64,000 nt of DNA from assembly GCA_050230475.1 (NCBI GenBank), contig JBFLGF010000167.1:1-64000 (forward strand), read 5' to 3'. A program made the position numbers and the translations under genes. This document shows positions 1-17,357 of this stretch, one piece after another. The notes under the pieces were generated by a model, which was not told the origin of the DNA, did not search any database, and saw only the letters and a list, made by a program, of their open reading frames with translations. This DNA comes from Ancylonema sp. Lineage: Eukaryota. Position 1 is the first letter of the stretch. The number at the start of each line of letters is the position of its first letter.

Positions 1-215
1 TAAGACTATACACTCCATCCGCCAGCCGCTCCATCCGCAAACCAAGCCACACGGGTGGCCGGTGGAAATGGAAAGGGTGGGTTGGCTGTGGGTAGAGGGT
101 GGGTGCGTAACCACCCGCTAAATGGCCGCGGATCGGGAGAGTTCCTCCCCGGGTTGGTATGTGGTGGGTAGACAACTTGCATGTAGGGCCCGAACACCGC
201 CCCAACACCTTCCGT

Positions 216-985
216 CATTGTTGCACAAACCGGTTTTTTTTTTTTTGGAACCCTTTCCGAGATGGGACCGTTTCGGAACCGGATGAACCGGGTGATTTTT
301 AGAGTTTTCCTCCGTCCCGCGGTATAACATTTTTTCACTCCCACAAAATGTACGCGGGGTAAACATATCAACATATCGTTGTATATGTTCATGTTGGTGA
401 CTCCACGTCACTAAGAGACGCTTGAGTTGTTGAGTATTTCATCGGGAAAATGTGGCGCGGCCATTGCAAGTTTTATTTTTCTTTTTTTCGCGCCATGGAA
501 GGACGTGGTGCAATTTCATTGGACGAAAATAACACCCGACCTTCCACTCTAGCACACACATCCGGTTTTGGAGAAGGAAAAAATATGAGTATAAAAGTTG
601 TGTTGGAGATTTGTGAGCACGATTTCAAAGAGATAATGTATGGAAGGTTGAAGAATTTGTCAAGTGCCATTAGACTACGAGTGCAAACATCTTCTCGCAA
701 CATTTTTTCACGGAAGTTTAACACGGAAATGAGAATGGGAAAATATATATGGAACGGAGATGAGCATAGGATGATCTTGAAAAGATATAGCCATTTCATT
801 CAACTACTTGTACATAAATAGAAATACAGTTTGCAAAGAAGCGAGAAAAAGAGACAAATGCACCAAAAATCATGCTGGTGTACTCATGCGGAATATTGTT
901 TTGAGTATTTTTTACGATGGAAATAATTTGTTTGATATTTTTGTTGGATAGAGAATGGCGAGCTACACAAAGCGAGCGAGCTACC

Positions 986-1019
<34 letters not shown>

Positions 1020-1151
1020 GTGCCATATTTTTCCTCAAAATGACGTTTAAGTGAAAAAAAACTTAAATCCTCCGGTTCCGAACCGCGACCGCTTTTGTCG
1101 GAACCGGTTCCATCTAAGATCCGGTTAGGAAACGGAGTTCGTGCAACTATG
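216..1151. mobile_element. Non-autonomous hAT-type DNA transposon (CATAGTTGCAC TIR family)
   Basis: TIRs CATTGTTGCAC (216) and GTGCAACTATG (ends 1151). 8-bp TSD CCTTCCGT / CCTTCTGT. Subterminal GGAACC/CCGG repeats. No transposase. Confidence 0.8.
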
Positions 1152-1662
1152 CCTTCTGTAAGGTATTTTTATGCACTAGGGTTGGGTAACTTCAACGCTG
1201 AACCATTTTACGGCCTTGAAAAAAGGTTGCATTTACGGTTGAGTGACCTATGGGAAAATTTGGACCCTTCAAAACCCTTAGAATGTGGAAATTTATTGAC
1301 GGCTTAAAACGCCTCGTAACCTCTTAAGCGACCAAATAAATCAACGTCTAAACGTATAATTAGTTTCTCTGCGGTTGTTTCATCTGTTAGGCAATGGAAT
1401 AAAAACCCAATGATCTATCACTCAATGGAACCAAAAACCAATGATTGTGAGTTGTAGTGAAATTCTTCCGGTGATGCGTCCCACATCTTAGTAGCTGCTG
1501 AAATCGACAAATGAATGGTGGAGAGTTCAAATCATAGTTGGCTCCGCCCCGCAAATATAAGCTACTTTCTCCCCTCTACAATACCCAAAAATAATGTATG
1601 AATAGCATGAACCGTCTGTTTACTTTGCATCCTTTGACTTAGTTCTTGATTCCCGAAATTTA

Positions 1663-1728
1663 GCCCACCCGTTAGCGCGCGGGTGGGCGGCGCCCACGGG
1701 TGTAGAAGAGCAGGAAATGTCTTGCTAG
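1663..1728 (+). mobile_element. Possible Helitron-like 3' terminus
   Basis: GC-rich hairpin GCCCACCCG...CGGGTGGGC followed by CTAG|T at 1725-1729. No 5' end identified. Confidence 0.3.
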
Positions 1729-2106
1729 TATGGTTGAAATATCGATTATGTTTGCAAAATGAGATAGTCGTTATTGCCTATACATTATGCGCATGAAAAC
1801 AACAAAGATGGTTGAAGTGATGTACAATGACAACCATCACAATTTCCCACTGATGAAAGGAAGAGTTCGGTTATCAATACATACTTTTCTGTGCAACATT
1901 ATTTCTTCTCCATAATTGACCATTTCGAAGGTTCACATTTTATGTGTTCAACGTTATAATTTGGCCTTGAAATGATTTCAGGTGATTTCATTGAAAGCAC
2001 CTCTTTTGTCGATTGTTGACAAATTATTATTATCAAGATCTAAAGTTTGAAAGGTTAATAAGGTATGGTGGAAGTTTTTCAAGCCTTCAAAATCTGAGCC
2101 CAAATA

Positions 2107-2812
2107 CCGTACTGGGCATCGTAAATGATTTTTAATCAATTATTGAAACCCGAAAGTAATCATTTATAGTAATACCTATGAGGTCCGAATCATCAACCAG
2201 AAATCATTGATATTAATATAACTTTTGGATTTGTTTTGAATTTTGTATGTAGGCTTAAAGAAATCATTGCTGAAAATCATAAATAATAACTACCGGATTC
2301 CCGGAATCTTTATTACAAATCATTAACAAATTAATTAGGTAGAAGGACGCATTTTATTCAAGCACGATGGGAACCCCATCTGAGTACAACACCAACGTTA
2401 TCTTACCAACCTAAAGGAACAGAAGAAGGAAAACAACCCCAATCGTAAAACAACCGAGCAACAATCCATAACTCTGTTGACGACAATAACACCCGCGGAG
2501 GGGGGGGAGGTAACAGAGCCATACCCTCTTCCAATCGCAATGTCCTAGCATGGATTGCATGTGCTAGAGAACGTTGTAAAGCAATAGAAACTCTCTGCCG
2601 AAACCATAACTAACAAACTAACATTCCGCCCCGATCGCCCATTTAGTTGCGCCGCACGGTGAGCACAATCCACCAATAACCGATTGCTTGCATCGGAAAG
2701 CGCACCATACGTCTCTAACGCAAACGGGATAAACTTGGTCCCTGCCGCGCGATCACGATAGTGAGTTTCTTCGTTTTGAAAAAACAGAAATCATTTACGG
2801 TGCCCAGTACGG
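2107..2812. mobile_element. Tc1/mariner-type MITE carrying a LINE fragment
   Basis: TIRs CCGTACTGGGCATCGTAAATGATT / AATCATTTACGGTGCCCAGTACGG, flanked by TA on both sides. A second family member lies at 32368-34063. Confidence 0.75.
2346..2772 (-). mobile_element. 5'-truncated CRE-like non-LTR retrotransposon (RLE C-terminus and 3' UTR)
   Basis: The minus strand translates to KETHYRDRAAGTKFIPFALETYGALSD... then, after a frameshift, WFRQRVSIALQRSLAHAIHAR. This is typical of the end of restriction-like-endonuclease LINEs. AATAAA lies at the 3' end, and the same tail recurs at 49131. Confidence 0.75.
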
Positions 2813-3314
2813 TATGTTCAGTTTTAAACTTTATGTCAGAGCTCAACTGAATCTGACGGCCTGCGTCCTGAGAAAGCATGCCACGGGATTGACGGACGGC
2901 ACACCGTAATCCTTCCTGGATTGCTGTACGTCGACGCCGTGACGTGCGGCACCTGTCAGCAATCATAGCGCCCACGCTGTCACCAAGGCGCTTTTGTCGT
3001 TGCTGGCGAAGCAACCGTTCAGAACCGTTCCTTGTCTAAATTCAGTCAGTTCACGTCGACGTGGCAATCCACGAAGGAGTCGAATGCAGACTCGATGGCG
3101 ATCGGACGGATTAGGTCCGCCCAGGAGATCTCTAAGGGCGATTCGTAGAGTTCGTACAAATTCGTAGAGCAACTACGTGGAGCAATTCTCCGTTCTTTGT
3201 CCGGCGTCAAAAAGTCTGAGGATGCTATAGGATGTTACAGGAGGACCAAAAACTACACTGTCAGAAAAGACGAGGTCTGCAGCAACTACATTCAACAAAT
3301 TTCGGGTTTCAGCC

Positions 3315-6827
<3,513 letters not shown>

Positions 6828-8396
6828 ATAGGGAACCCGCATCCTTCATGCCGTGGTGACCGGTCTGTAGAGTTTGTAGATTCAAAGAAGTTCTGATTGG
6901 CAAGTTCCGTTTGTGCTGTGAATGATATGTCGGCTATTATTTCGGTAGATTTCCATCTTGTGAATAGCTTGGACACAGAGCCCACTCGTGTCGATAGCTG
7001 CTGTACAGATTGGGAGTTAGATTTGTGGTGGATGCGGAGGTTGTGTCTAGAATATTTGGGATGGAGATTGGTGGTGGTAAATACGATCATACAGCAAGTT
7101 GGTTCTGAACTTCAGGGGAGTGATATAACTTTCCGGGTATATAGAACACTTAAATGAATGACAACTTTGTAAGTTTGGGTCCTTAATTGTGTATCCAGAC
7201 AAGTGATTGTGATCATAGTGGGGCCCAATCTGATGAGAGAGTATTTGATGTGGCGCGGATGCTGATTGGCTCCGACACCCTATCGGATGATCATTAATAT
7301 GCACTCCTTGATGTGAAACATGTACCCCGTTCTCTTCCCCTCTATAGATGGGATTATAGTGTATCCCCGAGCCGGAAAATATACGCATCTACTCGAAGCT
7401 GGGCTCGCAATATGCGAGAGCGGAGTGGGACCCAGTGGAAAAAACAAAAAAACAAATGATACCTACTCCCAATTTAGCGGTGAACTATTATACTTGCGTA
7501 GTACTGTTTCATAACACCTTGTACTCCGTCATTTTCCTGGTCACAATTCCCCCTTGGTCTTTGCAAGCAACAAATTTGTCATATAGCACATCTTCCATAC
7601 ATCGTAATTTTCTGTATCATCGTTGTCGTCCCGTTCCATTGTAATGTGCAACACTGATAAATGTAATTCGTCGTTTGTGCCATGAAATCTGTCAGTTTTT
7701 GAAGAAATCTCGTATCTGACGGGAGAGTGTTGTTCCCCGCTCCATCCCTCCCCCGAAATGACAGTCTCCAAGATTCGGTACAGAATCTTTCAGTCGTCAA
7801 AAAAAAATACCGGATCTGACGATTATAATCTCTCCAGTAACCATCACAATTTGGTTATAGTGTTCGGGATATACTGCCCGAAATATCGGTAACTAGTAAC
7901 TACTCGCTTGGTAAAGAAGCAATTTTACGTAGTCGCATTTCGAGGTTTCGTTTTTGCCAGGTGGCTTGCGGACGCGCGCCTTAGAGTGAAGCTCGCAAAT
8001 TCCGCGAGCGGAGCGGGACTGACTATGGTTGGGACCAATCGGAATATGTCCTACCCTTCGCAGATGCGGATTGGGTCCAGTGCCAATCGAGGTCTGGCAT
8101 TTGGATGGATCTACACGATAATGATTGTGATTGTGTTTGCACTTTTCTGGTATTAGGTGAGACGGGAAAATGGACCTGATGAAGCTTGTTACCCCACACA
8201 CGATGCTTCATCATACTTACCTTCTTCATTACTATGTGGCACGATTGTACAGTTAATTGGGCGCGCACATGTGCGCGTGTTTGGCGCACATGTTCGGAAC
8301 ACGTGAGTATCGCGTATCTCATAACAAAAAAAACAAAAAAAAGTTGAAAGCGGCCGCTCATAGTAGTAAGCGGTAGAGATCGCGAACTTTTTAGTA

Positions 8397-8633
8397 CCGT
8401 AGTGGCCATACATAATGACCCGGGTTTTTTTAACGAATTGATTTAGCTAAAAAACCACCACTTGACCCAGCCCACGCATCCAAAAGAAAATTTCCCAAAA
8501 TCCGGAAAAATATTTACTATATGGTGACCAACATTATAGAATGACCCATTTTTTTAAAAAAATGAATTATTTAATTTGACCCAACCCACCCTTCTCATAA
8601 TTATTGAAGGGTCATTATGTGTGGCTAGTACGG
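8397..8633. mobile_element. Tc1/mariner-type MITE nested in an older repeat
   Basis: 25-bp TIRs CCGTAGTGGCCATACATAATGACCC / GGGTCATTATGTGTGGCTAGTACGG with TA flanks. Confidence 0.7.
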
Positions 8634-9666
8634 TAGTTTTTCGTAGATGGGCGCGCACATGTGCGGGGGGTTGAGCGCACATGTTCCGAACATGTGCGCG
8701 ATTTTAGTTGTGCGCGCCTATTTTGGTCGTGCACAACTATGAGTACTATCAACTATGATAGTTCTCATAGTTGTGTCGCTCATGCCTCGACCACATTCCG
8801 ATGCAAATGTGGTTCAATCCGGATCCTAGCTTTTGTTATCGGGGTTGGTAAAACTAGGACATAGTTAATCTGTAAAAACATATTGAGGCTTCCCACCCTT
8901 CATTTGACGTTTTTTTTTTTTAAATTCAATAATAACTTGTTCCTTAGAAATATGATTCTACTCAATTGTGCTTGAACTTCACAATTGATGACACATGCGA
9001 TTACCACAAGAGTGAAACAAGCACCGCATTACATATTCTACATGGAAGTCCACAAACAAATCCACTTAGCAACATCAAGTGACGTGCTAAATATTCATGT
9101 ATCATGTACTATTTCAACAAACTGATCACATGAAGCAAGTAACACTTTTCGATAATGAGCATGTGGCTTTGTCAACATTCACAACAGGCATACGTACGAC
9201 ATATTTATCAAAAGAAGAAGAAAATAAAAAGAAAAACAAACAAACTTTTATAGGAGTGGCATTGTGAGGAAATCAAAGTAAATGCGGAAAGATATGTGAT
9301 ACAATCTTCCTACTTTCCAAAAAGCTGACAAGGACCACCATATGATACATGAGCTGCCTCCTTGCATTCATTCTATAATGTACTTTACAAAAGTCATAAT
9401 CGGCATAACGAATAACATGAATAAAAGTGTAACCACCTTCCAAATGAAACAGTTCCAAAGTTTGGATGTTTCTCTCTCTACCACACCCTGCACTACTGCT
9501 AATAATTACAACTTAAAGAGTGCCCCTGCAAAATCGTAAGTGAAACTCGAAGCTTGCTTTTCCTGCTTCAATTCTTCCACCATTCTCTGACAGTAGTCTT
9601 CATTTTGATGTTTACTTTCCTCCAAGAGGAAACGAAAAGGGGAAAAAAAGAGGAGTTATGCACATA

Positions 9667-10996
9667 CTACCTTGGAGTCGTCAGAATGTCTTGCAATACA
9701 ATTGGATCTGTGATGATGCTCATCTGCCGCCTGTAGCCGACTTGACACTCAATGAGACCGCTTTCTTTTTTCCTTCCGATTTCACTTCCGTTGCATTGCG
9801 CCAAGTCAGAAGTGTCCACGTGACTGTGACGCTCATCTTCTTCTTCCAGATTTTCCGCAGCGAAAAAATCGGCCCACTTCTGCTCCGGTTCCATCATCGG
9901 GACTCCCGTCGCTCGCGCATATTGATCTGAGAAAACAAAAAAAAAAAGGCCAAGGGAGTAGAATTGTCAGTTGCCCAAGACACAAGGAAGCATTGCGGAA
10001 ATTTCACAGGTGTAGCACACCCGAGTAGACGAAACCCCCCACCCTTCCAAACTCAATTCACTAGCTTTGTTATTGTACCCCACCCCCCACCCGCACCCCA
10101 ACTTCATTGTGCCCGTAACACGTCATTTTCGTGTTACCCAGTCCCCAGTCCCCAGTCCCCAGTCCCCAGTCAGACCCCAGAACACATACCCTCTCTCGAC
10201 ACCCTCAACCAAAACCACCACAAAGCAGCCCCCCATCCCCCCACCTATCACAGCCTGATTGCTTTCCTCCACCCCCCCCCCCAGCCCACCCACCTTGAAT
10301 CATGGCCGGACTGAGCCCCCACTTCTCCATCTCCTCCGTGGAATGCAACCCCGCCAGGCTGTACTCCCCCCCCGGCCCCAGCTGCATCACCCTCATTTCG
10401 CAGTTGAGGGGGTTGTTGAGGCCCTCGAATTGTGCGGTGGTCCATTTGAACCACCGCGTGAGGACTACTCGCATGGTGAGGCCGTGGAACACGAGCACCA
10501 TGTTGAGAGCGCGACCGCTGCCGCTGTCAGGCTCTTTGTGGAGACGGGACATGTGGATGTCGCGCCAGAAACTCTCGAGGAAACCTGGGGGAAAGGGGGT
10601 GGGGTGGGGGAAGGATACGATCGTTTTTTTTTTTTTTTTTTTTTTCTTCCAGATCTTACCTTATGTACATTCTTCGTTCGGTACTCTTGAGGTTGGAGTG
10701 AGTCTCTCGCGATGAGGTCACGGATGAGGAGCTTTTTGAAAATGTGATATGGGTGTAATCTAGATCAGCAATCTGAAACATACTGATTTCGTGAGTACTA
10801 CTTCTGACTGCTTTGTGTATCTCATATGTCAGTTAACGAGGTGTGATATGTCCCTTTTTTGTCCATAAATCCCATTTTTTAATTTTCCTACATTTACAGA
10901 GACTGAATCATGTTGAATAGCAGGAACTGTCTATTCATCCACCCGATTTTGAAAAATATTTAACAATGTGACCATTTTCTCTTCTGACCTGATGCC

Positions 10997-11027
<31 letters not shown>

Positions 11028-12519
11028 CAATTGCAATGTAGCCATCACCTTCTGACCTGTTACCCGATCATAGACGTCGGCTGCAGACTCTCCCTCTGGG
11101 AATCGGAAGAAAAACTTGCCAAACTTCTCCCTCGACTTCTTCACCACCTTCATGTGCTCCGCCACCTGACCAACCACAGACCGCCACATGTCACCACCGC
11201 CTCATCTACCACTGCCACCTGGCAGCAGAGACCAGTCACCCCTCTCTCAAACGACACTCAAAACAAGAGCACAAAATATCCTGGGCCTGAGACATACGAT
11301 TTAAGAAAGCCGAGCTCAAAATTAAGTTCAGATACCTTCTTGCAAAAGAAGAAAGTACCTGGAAATTCCCGAAATCTTGCTCTCGTATCCGCGGCTCTTC
11401 TCTCACTCCCAAGATTCGATCCCGATTGAAGGCCTGACCAATCCCGCGAAGAGTCTGCTCCCCCATACCATTGGTTACTAGGATACTAGGTTACTACGTT
11501 ACTAGGTTATCAAGTTACTTGGTTACTAGGTTACTAGGATACTATGTTACTACTAGGTTACTTGTGTTTAAAATTATAAGGTTACTTGTGTTCTAGGTTA
11601 CTAGGTTACTAGGTTACTAGGTTACTAGGAACCTTTCCATACATCCCCTTGTGAGCCTAGTGTCAGTGGTAGGTTCACAGGGCAGCAGATTCGGGAGATA
11701 CAAACATTCTTTCTATGGTTTCTTTTTATGCGCACAACGCCTAGTTTGTGTGCTACACACTGCCAGGACTCTGTTTGAGATTGATGTGGTCGCCATACCC
11801 AACTTTGTACATCCAACAGGGTACTCACTCTCCCTAATGTAACATTTAATATTTGAAATCGTCCTGCTGCATTTGCGAGGTGTCACACGTTGGAGGAACA
11901 AGGAATGTCCAGTGTGGATGGATGGATGGGGTATCCTTCTTTGTGGTTTAGAACAACAATTCCTGGGAGCCTCTTCAATAATATTTGTGTGTTGTCCACG
12001 TGTGAACAGTGACTGTAACAAGAGACCCAGAGATTTGATCAGTGTAGGAGATCCCTGAATTCAAAAACAGTACCCTGCTCGATTCTCTATAGAAGAGGAG
12101 AATGAAGGAGGATTTTTTTTTATTGGCTGATTGAACTATGGTGAAACCGTCAACTTCATACCCCGGCTCACAGGTTTCGTTCATTTTTCTATACAACGCG
12201 GCTGATTGTCATCTCACCTACTCTCAGCTGAGAATGATTGCGTTCTTAGTACCTGCAGTGTTCGTTTGTAGGGCGAAACATAAAAGTGAACTTTCCACTC
12301 TACGTGTCCATCCTTTTCACATATCGCCCGAAGCTTCCGGCCAGCTTCCTCGGCTTGCTCCCAACCGAGAGGCGTCAGAGAAACTTTGGAATCCGCGACA
12401 TGGCAATAAACGGTCTCGTCCAGATTTCCTTGACTCTCTCCGTGGCGCACCAATATGATCCGAAAGGGGCGCTTGTGCCAGCTCGGGTCCATCTCACCGA
12501 GGGGCTCCACACCCGACAT
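9667..12519 (-). CDS. Histidine phosphatase superfamily / phosphoglycerate mutase-like protein (plant AT74-like), 5 exons
   Basis: Exons 12519-12253, 11454-11359, 11165-11057, 10584-10294 and 9926-9667, GT-AG and in frame. Motifs LVRHGES, SPYKRTLQT, REQDFGNFQ, FPEGESAADVYDRV and VFHGL. Confidence 0.92.
11468..11630. repeat. (GGTTACTA)n minisatellite near the 3' end of intron 1 of the phosphatase gene
   Basis: Roughly 15-20 degenerate 8-mer units, ending about 12 nt from the acceptor. Confidence 0.85.
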
Positions 12520-12837
12520 GTCTCACAGGAAAACCAGCAAAAAAAAAAAAGTTACTTTTTTTTGACGTGGATGTGGATGAGGCTAACGTTCTGGATCAGC
12601 GCAGCGCGCACCCGGATCGACACTCAACAATCTATCTCTGTTCGCTATCTTACTTTAGCTGCACAACCTAGATGGGATTAACCAGTATGCATAAAAAATC
12701 ACGCAGGGCAAATGCCCCGCTCCGACATCATTTCCCATACACGTGCAGCCCGAAATGCTGCTACAATCTGTTATCGTTTCATCTTCTTGCCAGGCTGTGT
12801 AATGTCGGTATAACGGGAGGAGGCCTGTGCATACAGG

Positions 12838-14459
12838 TCGTGATCGGGGAGCCCGCGATCCCGCGATCCCGCGAGTCCACGAGCCCGTGATCTCGCAGAC
12901 TCCGAGCCCGTGATCCTGATTTTGTTCGCCGACGGGCTCGGAGGCCGACGGACTCGTTATTTTCGGGCTGAACTGGCTCCGGGCTCCAGCAGGCTCGCCG
13001 CACGGGCTCCGACGCGCTCGGACAGGCTCGGACGAGCTCAAACGAGCTCCGACGAGCTCGTTCTGTCTCACTGTCTGGCTGGATTATCATATGCAGAGTC
13101 GACACAACGTGTTCGAACGCCCGTGATATTACCCCGAATGAATCCAAAATATAACTTAAAAACCCTTTAGAGGCCTATAGGCCATAGTGGAGTAGTGGCC
13201 CCTCAAAGATGTATGACACATCATATATTGATCAAGTTTAGGACCCCTCACTTTTGATGTCTGAAGTTGTTCCGAGTCATGGTTTATCCATTTGTTAAAA
13301 AAAACGAGGGAGAAATGTTGTCTCGATTTATAGACTTGGAAGTACGTTTTGGGAGTTGCGAAATTGCTATAATGAGTGTACTGTAAGTTCTATTGGTATG
13401 TTGGTTTGTTTACGTATTGTGTGAAGCTCGAATGTGATTGTATGTATAATGCGGTTCCATGAGTTACAATACCTTGGTGTGAATCTCGTGTCGTTAAAGT
13501 TTTCTACCATAAAATACTCACTAACTAATAATGGATGAAAAAAAACAAATTACCTTCAATAAAATTATGTATGACAAACCTTTTTGGTCTCTATATTCTC
13601 GTTGAGGTGCTCGTTTGTGCGCACACGTGTGGAAATGCATGATTCGGTTTAATCATAGATATACCCGCCCGCGGGCGGGGATAATTCCGCCCGCCTCCGC
13701 CCGCGGACGGTACCGCTCGCGGGCGCCGCCCGACCGCCCGTTACGGTCGCGCTGAATTTCGGGATTTCATGATAGCAAGTTCAAAAAAGCATAGCTTCTA
13801 GACGTTTTAGGATATTCTTACAATAAATAAAGGTTTCATGTAGAAGAAACGATTTAGTTGGTATTAGCACCTTTTTTTTTTAAATTATTTCGATCAACAT
13901 GGAGTTTTTTTAACTGAAAACACCAGAACTCTGAAAAAACTCTATATACCCGCACGCCACGTGGACATTCCCGCCCGCGTTCCGCCCGCGGGCGGAACCG
14001 CCTAGGGGCGCCGCCCGGCAGAGATTTTGATGGGCGTGTACATCTATGGGTTTAATACACTGAGCCTACATGAAGGCCATGTAACACATGAAACATCATG
14101 AGTTCATCAAAGGACTTGCACATGTAAGTTAGCTAAAAAACAAGGTACATGTGTTCTTCTACAAGCATTCATATAAACCGAGTTGAGGACATCAATTTTT
14201 ATTTCTTCCCCCTCCCCTCCCCCTCCCTTTTTTTTTTTTTTATTTTTTTTTCGGGTTCCTTCTTCCCCCACCCCTTTCATCAATCGAATGATGCCCAAAA
14301 ATTCGGAGCCCGTTTTTTCCCTCTCGGGAACCCGTCGAGCCCGCGAGCTCGGATCCGGACTCGTCCGGGCTCGTAATTACGAGCCCGTTTTCGGAGCCCG
14401 GATCGTAGATGGCCCGGATCCGGAGCCCTGGGGTTTTGGAGCGGGCTCCCCGATCACTA
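12838..14459. mobile_element. Non-autonomous hAT element in the upstream region of the phosphatase gene
   Basis: TIRs TCGTGATCGGGGAGCCC / GGGCTCCCCGATCACTA. 8-bp TSD CATACAGG / CGTACAGG. GAGCCC subterminal repeats. A related fragment lies at ~19985-20135. Confidence 0.8.
13654..14048. mobile_element. hAT MITE nested inside the previous element
   Basis: TIRs CATAGATATAC / GTACATCTATG. Perfect 8-bp TSD GGTTTAAT. CCGCCCG subterminal repeats. Confidence 0.85.
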
Positions 14460-17357
14460 CGTACAGGGACCGCTATTCGGGCCGGCGCGAAATGATTGCC
14501 GCTCGCCAAACTCTAACGAGGGGCGATAATTGCCAAACGGTGTCGAAAATCTAAGAAGCCATTCAAGAAAGATCGGGATGGTTTTCACATTATTTCGATT
14601 GGGATTCTTACAAGGATTTTTTTTATGACCGCTACACATTATCCGTTATTCACGACAACCGTATATGATATCCGTCACAAAGGAGACTCACTTTAGACGA
14701 AAATTGTACTGCCCAACCATATGCGGGAGGGCGGGCTCTGTTTCGGGATATATACTTAGCTTGCATGAATCATTTTTAATGATTTTGGAATTGTAGAGTA
14801 GCCACCTCAATCACTTCCGGACGAAAATGCAATGCAATATACAAGCTAGTCGTGTCGTCCGGCGTTATATGATTTTGGCATTCCAAACCACGAGGTTAAT
14901 TTCTCCGCTCCTCTTCGCGACTCTTTTGCACCCCTCTAATGGCTTTATGGAAGATGTGGACAAACTATACATAAACCATTTCACGCGATTTATAGTTTTT
15001 AGGAAGTATCAAATATTTTTGAAAAATAATGACACGGAATACGGAGCGTCTAGCGTGGGAAGGATGTGACTCGAAGTAAGTTGCTTTTACTTATAAAAAA
15101 ACAATAATAGAAGAATGAAGAAGGTGACAAATGCAGTGATTCTAGTCCAGGAAGGAAGTGGACAAGGATGATGAGCGAGAAGCGGACTGGATTGGAAGTC
15201 AACTGAAAACCATCATCGTCCATGAATAGCCTCATATTACATCACAGACGCAACACTTTGGGTATTTTTGTACTTCAAGAAACCTTACCTTCGGAGACTA
15301 GAATCCTAAGACAGAGAAGAAATTTAAATTGGGATGAACGACTCTTCCAAAGAGCATAGATGGAAAGGTGAACCGCGAAGAAAGATGCCAAGGAAGAAGC
15401 ATCACACAGGACGTTTTGCGGACGCGAGAGATTCGAACCGTGCTTGTATCAGCGCGGGGGCGAGATTTGTTCTACGGCAAAACTCCGGACCAACTCGCCT
15501 TGCGGGTGGCACCGATCTGGGGCACCGCCCACATGCCCGTTAAAGGCAGGCTACATTTTGGGATACCGCTACCCGCCAGAGATGATGATGAAACGCAAAT
15601 ATCAAACCAAACGATCCACCAAAAGACCCGTGAATTTCCGAATTATTTTTCCATGATCTATCGCACTTTATCTAGACCGTTTGAAATAATAATAGTGATC
15701 CATGATTAAAAAATAAAAGTACAAAAATCCACATCCGCATAGTGGCATACAATGACGTACTTGTGCGCCACTAGCCACGAGTATCGAGTTAAATACTAAA
15801 ACGCATGAAAGCCAAAATAAATTTCAAATTCCGAATACAGCCAAGCATAAATATAATTACTGAGTCGAAACCAAAGAGCATCGAATATAACATTCTACGA
15901 GTGGAAGAACATTCTTTCCATGTATAAACAGAAACATGGCGTTGACATCACAACAACGGATCTAATTATTCGAGGAATTCAATGAGATCTGATAATTAAA
16001 CGTTTCGTTTGCGCGATTATCCGCTCACCGCCTCCCTATTGCCACCATTCAAATCCAATCAACATGGGATCGATCTGCGTTCTCGCATGCATGCTTCGTT
16101 CGACGTTGTGATGCAAAAGTGATTGTTTGTAATGTATTTGAATGCTATTGAATTCATTGTGCGGCAAAAATTAGCATGTTTTAAAATGATAAAATATAGT
16201 TTGATGATCCACCATTTTATGTTTAGAACTATGTAGCACGCAATCGAAGCGGCATAAATCCAATCCACACTTTCCCGTTTTTTTTGGGGATCATCAACTC
16301 TGGCGAGGAGGTTATGCTAACTACTATTGAAAAGAGCTTAGCTCGAAATTTCTGTATGATTTCCGTTTCTGTTGTTATCTTGTTGGTATTAAAACTTAAC
16401 GGAACTCGAAAAAATATACGTGCCCGCATTTTCGGGGACCAACACGCATCGCTGGGCATTAAAATTTATTGGGCGTGAACATATATGTTTCGAACGTGAA
16501 GGGCATCATCTATGGTAACTCCGTCGTGGAACGAGTTTTTTCGGAAACCCAACAAATTCGTGATTCACGATACAATGGTTGATGGTTGATGGATGGTTAA
16601 TCGTGAATCACTGTTCACATAATGCGTCATAGAATTGGGAGGTGTTTTCCATATCCACACTTCCACATTTCACTTCTTCCTCGGGAAGAATTGCCCACAT
16701 TTTAACGACGGCCTTCAACCGGTCTTCGACCGTTCTCGGTTGTACATATTTGATATACATTGCTCTCACGCGATGCTTGTCGCGTGGTTCACTATGATAA
16801 GGTAATAGCCGTTTGGTTGAGTCCCATTTTCCCTACGGGGTTCTAGGTGACTTCATTGATTGCCAAAAGAACTATCTTTTGACAAGAAACTGTGTGGTTA
16901 CTCGTAGTATGGTTAGACCTAGCGAAGTAATAAATAAGTACTTTGAACAAGAGCACGTGTGCGCCTTTTAACCTCGTTAAGACACACGCGTCTATGTTTC
17001 GTGTACCGTATGCACATATGTTTGAAAGATCATGCTTGTTAACCAACACGTGCATCAAAGCAACACCGTGGAGATTGAAGGATCACGTGTTTGATCTCCA
17101 AATACTATAGTATGGTGTTCGGGATTTACGCTTGAAGGTTTGTATGAAAATTTGAACTTCAGCCATGCACGATGTCGTCTTTGCACACATCAAAACATCC
17201 AAGACATTATATTCAGTGATTGCAGTTGGCAGAGCACGCTGGTTTTCAAAATCCTCGCAAACGGGTAAACCTTCTTCCCTCGATTGATAAATTTCACATC
17301 ACTTGTATGCCATTTGGCCATTCATAACAATAATTCACATTTAACATTTGCTCATGC

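Noticed and set aside
450..821. 123-aa ORF inside the first hAT element as a transposase remnant
   Set aside because: No hAT motifs recognised; likely a chance ORF.
7228..7325. CTGATGAG ... GAAA resembling a hammerhead ribozyme core
   Set aside because: I could not form stems II and III adjacent to the core motifs.
8213..8223. ATACTTACCT matching the U1 snRNA 5' end
   Set aside because: Only 10 nt match, and the downstream sequence does not resemble U1.
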